Part shown: positions 1-9,540 of the stretch, one piece after another | How the letters are laid out: each line of letters opens with the position of its first letter | How positions within the stretch are numbered: the first letter of the stretch is position 1 | NCBI RefSeq assembly: GCF_001194135.2 | Contig: NC_068982.1 | Span: 171,247,743 to 171,285,682 of the forward strand | DNA: 37,940 nt | Source: Octopus bimaculoides | Lineage: Eukaryota | Direction: 5' to 3' | Notes under the pieces: generated by a model | Told to the model about the DNA's origin: nothing | The model's database searches: none | What the model saw: only the letters and a program-made list of their open reading frames with translations | Translations under genes and position numbers: made by a program

Positions 1-962
1 TATACAATATTTTTTTCTCGTTTTTTTTTCTGTCCTCTCCATTTTTTCCTCGTATTCCTTTCTGTCGAAGAGCGTAGGCTCGAAACGTAAAATACATTTC
101 CATTTTTCCCGAGTGTTAAATTAATACACCTCTCTATATATATGCACGATAGAGAGATATAACCCGCCAAAATGCATGCAGCTTGTATTATTTTTATACT
201 CCAAATCGAAATCTCCATTTGAACTGCATTACTAGCTCACAGATCAGTTCTAAGAGGTCGCTTCCCCACCTCTATTCGATCATGCCTTATATCAATTATA
301 AGATAACACGTCGTATTATATACGGCTGTTTAATTTACGATGTTATGACTGCGTAGCTTTTGTTGTTTTGTGTTTACTTTTCCTAACAACTATTCATTTT
401 GTCTGCTTGTCTTTCTCCTCACCTGACTTGCTAATTACTTACCTATGTCAGTTCTATTCGTATCAGTCAAAGCCTATTTAGTTAGGTATTAATGTGCATG
501 TGACGAAGGCTACAAATCTTCTATGATTATATATATTTTCGGGTCTATGAATTCACAAACACAAACACACTCACACATGCATAGTCACAGGCACCGCTAT
601 ACGCCCTCGCTCATTTCTGTGTGCGTGTATAGTTGATACACGCGCGTGCGGACGCGCGCACAAGTGCACACTCAGATACGCAGACACACATATATATATA
701 AATACATTTGCCAGTATCAAAATAAACGGATGCATATTGGTGTAAACATGGAAGTAAACTATGTAAATAAGTATATATAATACACACACACACACACATA
801 CACACACACACACGCACACATGTTTTGATGTATATGTATTTATATGCATATAGTACATATATATATATATACTATGTAGTAGGCCCTAATAGCTATTACA
901 TACACAAACACACACACACATGCACATGTATATATATGTATTATGTATGTATGTATGTAAGT

Positions 963-966
963 ATGT

Positions 967-1012
<46 letters not shown>
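963..1012. repeat. (GATA)n microsatellite
   Basis: Direct reading. Similar tracts at about 1470-1556, 21661-21730 (as CTAT) and 28975-29056. Confidence 0.95.
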
Positions 1013-1485
1013 GAACGAATGTGTGTGCATCAATTAAGTTTAAATATGTCCCTCCTGTTCACATATATTCTCGTACACGCATTCTATACATTTCGTATAC
1101 TTTTACATATAACCATTGTTACTGTAATTATTAAATCCCATCGGTGGCGCACAAGGATATAAAAAACGGAATGCAACTAGATATAACAAGTGGTAAATAA
1201 GCGAATTAGGTCTTGAGGACATTATAGTAAATAGGAAGGTAAGATGTAAAAATATCCTATGCTTGCTGGTGTATTGTGTTGAATAAACAGAATTACTTAG
1301 TGATTCTGAGAGAAGTTCGTGGAATGAAAGGAGGAATGTTGTTTGCAGTTTAATTGAACCTCGAAGTCACTTCGTTAATATTTTACAAATAAAGAGTAGC
1401 TTTATACATGCGTGTGTGTCTGTGTGTCTGTGTGATGTGGGCTTGTGCTTACGTGTATGTATGCGTGGGTAGATAGATAGACAGG

Positions 1486-1556
<71 letters not shown>

Positions 1557-2006
1557 TCCTCATACGAGTAACGTTCGTACCTTAATTAACACACACCGAA
1601 ATTTAAAGCAAAATCTCATATACAAACATGCGTACTATTCGTAAGACAACTGATTTATAGATAAAGATTTAACTTCTATATTATTGCTGAATTTTATTTA
1701 GAAATCAGAACTGAATGAGGCAACTAATTTTATTGTGACTTGACTGGTTCAGAGAACAGGCATATTAAAGATTTGGTAGAATTGTTTGGCGGGTTTAATT
1801 TTATATTTTATGCATTAGGGAAGTGTGGAGGTTTTTGATGTGATCTGACTTCAGTTTAAATACTGTTGAGAACGTTGTGCAAATTATTACAGCGGAGCAA
1901 ATCCACTAAATCAACTTCGAACCAACACTACGATTGAACAAGTTTGCGTGATGTATGCAATAACTTATATGCATAAGACTGGAAAAGCCAGGATGTTTTC
2001 ATCAAT

Positions 2007-2303
2007 CTGTTCATTGGTTTCTGGATCATAAAAGTATATCCAGCTTTCGTCACAGGTCAGCAGAGACTCAAGTACCCTTGGTTTGGAGGTAATGAATTCA
2101 ACGATTTCTTTTCCGACAGCAACGCGTCTTTCCTTCTGTTCGGCAATGAGTACCCTGACAACTCACTTTGCACAAATTTTGTGCATGTTTAAATCGTTAT
2201 GAAAAATTCTGTGTGCACCAACTCAAAACATTATGCTAGTTATTTTTATAGACACATGACAGTCTTTATTTATAAAATTCTGTTTTTTTTTTTTTTCATC
2301 CAT
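2007..2303 (-). pseudogene. Mariner transposase fragment, internally deleted, with stop codons
   Basis: Minus strand reads MDEK..TEF, then VGAHRIFHNDLNMHKICAK*VVRVLIAEQKERRVAVGKEIVEFITSKPRVLESLLTCDESWIYFYDPETNEQ. This carries a WVPRxL-like motif (W to stop) and the first catalytic motif TCDESWIYFYDPE. No TIRs were located. Confidence 0.88.
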
Positions 2304-2497
2304 CTCTGATATAAACAGCTAGGCGCAACATGATATCGTAAGAAAATATTTTATCCCCGCTAATTGTGAGTGAGGGTCCCGAAGCACTTATATTACAAGA
2401 AATATAGACATTAGCATTTCGCTAGATCAGACATAAATTTATATAGTAAATATATATACTGATAGATCGATTTAGCCAAACCGGCTTGCGATTGGCT

Positions 2498-2552
2498 AGT
2501 CACTGCTGATGAGCCTACGACTGATAGGCGAAACTAGTCTAGTCCAGTGATT
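2498..2552 (+). ncRNA. Type I hammerhead ribozyme with short, near-palindromic stem III (Penelope-like/retrozyme style)
   Basis: Stem I AGTCACTG (2498-2505) pairs with CAGTGATT (2545-2552), one G-U. Core CTGATGA at 2506-2512. Stem II GCCTA (2513-2517)/TAGGC (2525-2529) with loop CGACTGA. GAAA at 2530-2533. Stem III ACTA-GTC-TAGT (2533-2543). Cleavage triplet GTC, predicted cut after C2544. All canonical core nucleotides are present. Confidence 0.93.
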
Positions 2553-2745
2553 CTGTAGTCACTCATGGAGCGATTATCTCCCCTGTCAGTCTATATATAT
2601 TGCGCGTTTCCAACTGCATTAATAGTTTCTAACTCTTATCTCTTGCAATATAGCTGCTTCGTCACCCTCTATCACAATTAATGATAAAAATTTTCATTTA
2701 TGGTATTATACTCCACCTAACTGTTTATATTTATTGTGTGTGTGT

Positions 2746-2786
<41 letters not shown>

Positions 2787-3126
2787 GCCTTATGCTTAAA
2801 AGCGATGCATGATACGATTAATTTTCGACTCGAGTTAAATATATCAAGCTACTCTTAAATTCTTGTTTGAGTACACTCGTAAGTGATGTCAGGACAGGCT
2901 AGTTTGTATTAGCATCAATTTGTAATAGTGAAGTCAGAACAAATAGTGCTATTTTGATAGCATTTAATATGTGCATTTCAAGAAATATATCCCTTATAGA
3001 AGACCTTCCTCGGTTAATAGACTTTAAAAGATGCAAAATTGAAGTGTATTAACTAAGAAAAGACTTGCATGACGGATGTTTTTACCTATTATAAATTACG
3101 CAGATCTGAAATGATCAAAGTATATA

Positions 3127-3355
3127 TTGGGTTGTCTGGAAAGTTCGTGCCGATTTATAGAAGCTTACCTTTCGATTTATTTGCCATGAAACCACCTCAA
3201 TTCTGGGAAGAGAGTATTTTCAAGTTAAAGGAAAGATGGAGACCCATGGTGCAACAAAATGGTTCATATTTGGTTGATTAAAAATGTAATGGCAAGTATC
3301 TATTGACTCTTTTTCTTTCCTTTAAAAGTCGGCACGTACTTTCCGGACAACTCAA
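3127..3355 (+). mobile_element. 229-bp non-autonomous mariner derivative (MITE-like)
   Basis: 27-bp TIRs TTGGGTTGTCTGGAAAGTTCGTGCCGA (3127-3153) and the reverse complement of 3329-3355, 24/27 identical. TA on both sides (3125-3126, 3356-3357). Interior keeps only the transposase C-terminus KPPQFWEESIFKLKERWRPMVQQNGSYLVD*. Confidence 0.92.
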
Positions 3356-3363
3356 TAGTGTGT

Positions 3364-3407
<44 letters not shown>

Positions 3408-4334
3408 ATGTGTGTGTATGTGTCTGTGTGTGTATGTGTCTGTGTGTGTGTCTGTGTGTGTGAGAGAGAGTGTGTGTGTTTGCATGTTTATGTAACAATG
3501 TGTGCACGTATGTATATGTGTGTATGTGCATATTTGAGGGCACACGCAGAAACATTCATATGCGTTGATTTCTCTGTGTGTGTTTGAAGAAGTTTGGAGC
3601 GTGTGCGTGCGTGTTTGTGTAAATGTTTATATGTGTATTTGTGAATATGTATATTTGTCTGTGCCTTTGTGTATGTGTGTGTGTGTATTTTTGTGTGACT
3701 GTGCTTGAGTTCATATACGCCTTGAGAATTTGAGATCATTAAATCCTGCGAAATACCCAAATATAGCAATTAAAGGGCGAAGTGTGATTCAGAGAGGAAG
3801 GCTGAAAAACAGCCTGATAGTCGGAGTGAGATGAATAGTAAAAAGAGAAGAAAGAGAAACAAAATGTTTAAGAGAGAATTAAGATATAGAAAGTGAGGAG
3901 GAGGGATTATCTCAGATAAATGCAACATGACAGCAACTGTTGGCAGAATCCTCTCACTCATAACTAATACGAAAACTGTGTAATGAGACGTCAGGTGGCG
4001 CTTACTGTCGGAACTACTCCAAAACGAAACCATGGTTTCAATGACGAAATTAGTTTTGACTTCATCTACAATGAATTACTTTCATATCACCTACAACATT
4101 TTTTCTGTCATTGTGTGTTTTCCGCCCTCACCCGTTCTTTCCCTCTCGCTTCTCCCCTCTCTATTTATCTATTTATTTATTCGTCATATTCTATACTTAT
4201 CACCTTTGTGATGGTATTTTTCTCTCGTTTGAAAAATGTGATTTGTTTCGTAGAGTACAAGAAGTTATAGTAAATGGAGATACAAGGATAGCAAGCAAAC
4301 AGATGGTGGGCATTATATGTATCAGAAGGATAGA

Positions 4335-4626
4335 GGAAGGAGGAGGAGGAGGCGGAGGGGGAGGAGGCGGAGGAGGAGGAGGCGGAGGAGGANNNNNNNN
4401 NNNNNNNNNNNNNNNNNNNNNNNNNNNNNNNNNNNNNNNNNNNNNNNNNNNNNNNNNNNNNNNNNNNNNNNNNNNNNNNNNNNNNNNNNNNNNNNNNNNN
4501 NNNNNNNNNNNNNNNNNNNNNNNNNNNAGAAGAAGAAGAAGAAGAAGAAGAAGAAGAAGAAGAAGAAGAAGAAGACGACGACGACGACGACGACGTCGAC
4601 GATGATGATGATGATGATGATGATGA
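4335..4626. repeat. Compound trinucleotide repeat (GGA)n-gap-(AGA)n(GAC)n(GAT)n
   Basis: Direct reading; N gap 4393-4527 lies inside. Confidence 0.93.
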
Positions 4627-6041
4627 TTTCGGCTGGCAATTTGATTTTTTACGAAGTAGAAAATAGCGAATAGTATTTCGTAAAAAGACTTAAGTGATTT
4701 CCTACTAGGTAATGTAAGGGTAACCTACACCTCTGCCCATTTCCACACTTTGCCCTTGGTCATGTTACTTGTCAAAATTTTGGTGGATTGACAGAAATTC
4801 TTTGAAATGTTTCTAGCTTACTGGTGGTCGCTTAATGAAAAATCTGCTCCTATTCTAACGCAACCAAATTGTCTTCTGGGAATAATTAGTTTTCAATCTT
4901 GTATTTCGCGTCATAGTATGCATTATTTAGCCGTATACTGCTGCACACCTGACGAATCCCATGAGATTTTTCAAAATAATAGGATGGAGAGACCTCCTCT
5001 TAATCTTTCTAGTTAGCTTTTGCGGTATTTTATCCGTTTTGTAAGGGTTCTTTTTTTTTTGTTTTTCATACTCTTGGACAGTTTGGAAAACTAGTTCAAT
5101 ATCCTATTTCTATCTCAAGTCCTCTTGAGGTGATACCGATGATTCAATAAATATACAAGGCATTTGGTTACTAGATTCCATGTCCTTACTCGAAGTGACT
5201 TCTTCCGCTATATCAGGAACTGTGACCCCCCCGCTTCCCTACAGATTAGAGACTACTGCTGTTGTAACTGTTGCCTCTGATACCTTCCTTTTTTATCTTT
5301 TATAGTTGTTCATATACCATCTTGACAATTTGCCCTGCATCACGAGATTCGTGTCCTTGCTTTTGTGCATGCAACAATGGACAGCTCAGCATGATCCTGT
5401 TCCAGTCCATTTAAAGTGTCTACTAACCGTACGACCCTCTCAGCACTAACAGTTCACCTATACTGCAATAGAAGATATTGGGGAGGTAGGGTTTAACTCC
5501 ATTGTCAAAGCTTTTGATACTATAGCAGTGTTTTTTTTTCAGTCAAATTCTAATGTAAAATACCACAGTTTGTGTGTCTCGTTCGTTCTTATATTTTCCA
5601 CTAGCAATTGCCAGAACTTTCTTCATTTATAATTCTGAAGGCGTTTGAAAGCTTCCATATTTTAGGAAACAAACAATTTTTTTCTCTGCTTGCCCCTGTT
5701 TACATTTGTCAAGCAAAGGGGTATTGTCCATCAAAAAGCAACTACCCGACGTTAAACTTTTCCCCAGGTGATTAATCATATGAAGAAATGCAGGGGTGCT
5801 TACCATGTTAGGAAAGCTGCCATTGGAATACAATATATCGGAATTCTTTACGTTCGGAGAATAGCTTATGCTTTATGTGTCAACGTCGTTGTTATCCCAA
5901 AGTGGAGGCAAAGAATACATAGTGTGATTTGGAGTGCCATACCACTGATAAACACACACGAAAAAAGAACAAGCATTTATTCTTGTTCTTTCTTTGAACC
6001 TTCTGATACTTAATTTATACACTAACACATTAGTAGAAAGG

Positions 6042-6042
<1 letters not shown>

Positions 6043-6122
<80 letters not shown>
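6043..6122. repeat. (TTA)n microsatellite at the 3' end of RLE copy A
   Basis: Uninterrupted TTA run. Confidence 0.97.
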
Positions 6123-6123
<1 letters not shown>

Positions 6124-6580
6124 TTGGTGTTGTTTTCGCTGTTGTTGTTGTTTACTTTTAATCTGCATGTTTGTAGCAATCACTTGCCGAATCCTACCCA
6201 AAGCCCTAGGGCAAATGAAGTGTAAGGGGTGCTGCAGCATGACTAAAAGCTTCGGGACGGGGAGTGGCAGGGACGATAGCGAAATATCTCCATTTAGTAC
6301 AACACAGACGTTTATATTAAAAGGGTTTTTTTCTTAGGATATGGGCTGTACTTGTGAGCACAATCTTTTGGATTTCTCTGAGGCATGATTCTCCTGGGAT
6401 CTTGTCTAGATGTTTTTGATATCCCTTTCTTATCATACCTAGGAAGCTTACAATAACAGGAACAGTTCTAGCTTTAAGATGCCATATATTTTGTATTTCA
6501 ATATCCAGATCCTTATATTTACTTAATTTATTAAATTCCTTTACAGTTATATATTTATTTGTTGGAACACTTATATCTAT
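6123..6580 (-). mobile_element. 5'-truncated RLE-type non-LTR retrotransposon (R4/Dong-like), copy A
   Basis: IDISVPTNKYITVKEFNKLSKYKDLDIEIQNIWHLKARTVPVIVSFLGMIRKGYQKHLDKIPGESCLREIQKIVLTSTAHILRK matches the PD-(D/E)xK restriction-like endonuclease C-terminus of R4/Dong-type elements. It is followed by a 3' UTR ending at (TAA)n 6043-6122. Confidence 0.88.
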
Positions 6581-6596
6581 TATTATTATTATTATT

Positions 6597-6936
6597 TTAT
6601 GTTTGACTTTTGTTTTGCATTTGTACAAGTTGGATCCAAGTCTCACCCAGAGACCTCAAGAGACAACAAGTTAGAAGTTCATGTAGGTGTTATGCCTAGG
6701 GTACCATATATTTGGATTTGTACAGTTTTGTCCAAGTGAATGTTTAAGAAACCATAAGAAAATTATGTGTTTGCTTTAAAATTTGAGATCACATAGGCAG
6801 TATTTTACGTAGGATATGGGCAGTTCCCATGAGCACTATCTTTTGAACTTCAGCCATTTTGGGGTTTCCTGGAATCTGAGCTAGGTAGTAATCAGCCCGT
6901 TTCGCTGTCATTCCCAGGGCACCTATGACAATAGGT
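6597..6936 (-). mobile_element. RLE-type non-LTR retrotransposon (R4/Dong-like), copy B, 3' end; continues into the assembly gap
   Basis: Minus strand 6935-6789 reads PIVIGALGMTAKRADYYLAQIPGNPKMAEVQKIVLMGTAHILRKILPM*. The 3' UTR ends ...GGTCTCTGGGTGAGACTTGGATCCAACTTGTACAAATGCAAAACAAAAGTCAAACAT, followed by AAT repeats. Confidence 0.88.
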
Positions 6937-7680
6937 NNNNNNNNNNNNNNNNNNNNNNNNNNNNNNNNNNNNNNNNNNNNNNNNNNNNNNNNNNNNNNNN
7001 NNNNNNNNNNNNNNNNNNNNNNNNNNNNNNNNNNNNNNNNNNNNNNNNNNNNNNNNNNNNNNNNNNNNNNNNNNNNNNNNNNNNNNNNNNNNNNNNNNNN
7101 NNNNNNNNNNNNNNNNNNNNNNNNNNNNNNNNNNNNNNNNNNNNNNNNNNNNNNNNNNNNNNNNNNNNNNNNNNNNNNNNNNNNNNNNNNNNNNNNNNNN
7201 NNNNNNNNNNNNNNNNNNNNNNNNNNNNNNNNNNNNNNNNNNNNNNNNNNNNNNNNNNNNNNNNNNNNNNNNNNNNNNNNNNNNNNNNNNNNNNNNNNNN
7301 NNNNNNNNNNNNNNNNNNNNNNNNNNNNNNNNNNNNNNNNNNNNNNNNNNNNNNNNNNNNNNNNNNNNNNNNNNNNNNNNNNNNNNNNNNNNNNNNNNNN
7401 NNNNNNNNNNNNNNNNNNNNNNNNNNNNNNNNNNNNNNNNNNNNNNNNNNNNNNNNNNNNNNNNNNNNNNNNNNNNNNNNNNNNNNNNNNNNNNNNNNNN
7501 NNNNNNNNNNNNNNNNNNNNNNNNNNNNNNNNNNNNNNNNNNNNNNNNNNNNNNNNNNNNNNNNNNNNNNNNNNNNNNNNNNNNNNNNNNNNNNNNNNNN
7601 NNNNNNNNNNNNNNNNNNNNNNNNNNNNNNNNNNNNNNNNNNNNNNNNNNNNNNNNNNNNNNNNNNNNNNNNNNNNNNNN
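6937..7680. other. Assembly gap (N run)
   Basis: Other gaps: 4393-4527, 19699-19955, 20723-20732, 26365-26611, 35002-35463, 36404-36835. Most abut microsatellites, as expected for a short-read assembly. Confidence 1.
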
Positions 7681-7697
7681 TACTGAGTAAGATGCTT

Positions 7698-7699
<2 letters not shown>

Positions 7700-7767
<68 letters not shown>

Positions 7768-7840
7768 CATTATTATTATTATTATCATTATTATTATTAT
7801 TATTATTATCATTATTATTATTATTATCATTATTATTATT

Positions 7841-7911
<71 letters not shown>

Positions 7912-7940
7912 TATTATTAGTAGTAGTAGTGGTAGTAGTA
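7700..7940. repeat. Compound (ATT)n/(ATC)n/(AGT)n microsatellite upstream of RLE copy B
   Basis: Direct reading. Confidence 0.97.
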
Positions 7941-8473
7941 GTATTCCAACCGTATCTGTTCTGGTAATGATTAATTACAGTGATCACTGAAATATAATGA
8001 AGTGCGTATTGGCCCTGTATATATGTAAGACTATGTGCACCCACACAAATGCGCACGCGCGCACAACATACACACACATTTGTGTGTTTGTTAGTTATTT
8101 TAGAATACTTTTATGTATTTCGTTTTTTTCATCTTTAAATTTTTTTTGTTTATTTCGCAATTTCTCAACCTACATACGAAATCATTCTCACTATGCATAT
8201 ATCTTAATAAAAGTCCTGCAAACATAATATTATAGTCTATTAGCTAAACCATATCCATCATTGCTCGACTGATAAAGCCTAAAAATACTTTATTAAAACT
8301 GGCTCTCCTAAATTTTTCAACTTCCTATGAAAGGAAATCTAAAAATCTTCGTTTTGGTAATCATTGCCATAGTTTAGTCATCATATCGAATATGCTAGCT
8401 AGAATTTCAATGGAAGGCGTTGGGATGGAGTAGCAATCATAACAATTTGATCATTCATTAACAATTATTGATT

Positions 8474-8474
8474 C

Positions 8475-8537
<63 letters not shown>

Positions 8538-9008
8538 GTAGTAGTAGTAGTAGTAGTATTATTATTCATTTATTTGTTTTTCTTTAGAGTGACATATTTT
8601 TCAATTTTACCAATTTCGAGTTTATTCCTTTATTTAATTATTTATTTTTACATTGATCTTTTCAAATGAATTTATTAATAATAATTTTCCATTCTCTTTC
8701 TTATTTTCTTTTCATTTGATCATTTATTTTGGGTATTGCTGTTGTTTTTATTATTAGTTTCTTCATTACCATGATCATGATCATCAACTTCTACCACCTC
8801 CTCCCGCTACTCTCCTCCTCATCATCATCATCGCCATCATCATCGTCGCAGTCATCATCATCATCATCACCATAATAATGATGATGATCATCATCATCAT
8901 TACAGTTCTGCCTTAATTAAAATGTCTCTTGAATGCAGAACTGTTGGAATTTAAAAAAAATATGAATGCATTTTAATTGTCTTCTCTCCACATCTATTTC
9001 TGTCTCCT

Positions 9009-9041
<33 letters not shown>

Positions 9042-9156
9042 GCTTTATATTCTTTCCCACTTACCCTTTATATATTCCCCACTCCAAACCTCTCTCCCCT
9101 TATCTCTCCCGCTCTATCCATTCTTCTTCTTCTTCTTCTCATTATTTTTATTATAA

Positions 9157-9221
<65 letters not shown>

Positions 9222-9338
9222 GTTATTATTATCCAATCACTCTCTTTCTAAATTGATAATCTTCACGCAGACTGTCCTTCAATACATCTTGTGTACTCTC
9301 GCGTCACCTCACTTTATATCTTCACTCCATCCTCCATA

Positions 9339-9374
<36 letters not shown>

Positions 9375-9540
9375 GTCTATTTTTTCTTTCTCTCTCAGTC
9401 ATTCTATGTCTCTCTCTCACTCTCTCTCTCTCTATCTCTCTCTTACTTCATCTTTCATCTGTCTACATTTTTCTTTCTCGATCTCGACTACTATTTCTCA
9501 TAGCCTTTCTCTTTGTTATATGTCTCTCTTTCAGACTTTT
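8474..9540. repeat. Cluster of (TTA)n, (ATC)n and (CT)n microsatellites in pyrimidine-rich low-complexity DNA
   Basis: TTA at 8474-8560 and 9150-9230, ATC at about 8815-8900, CT at 9010-9033 and 9342-9440. Confidence 0.9.

Noticed and set aside
4700-5900. Possible decayed retroelement on the minus strand (PAFLHMINHLGKSLTSGSCFLMDN resembles an RT segment; LRVRTWNL resembles an endonuclease start)
   Set aside because: The hints are not in a consistent order or frame and no diagnostic motif is intact; it needs tblastx/HMM support.
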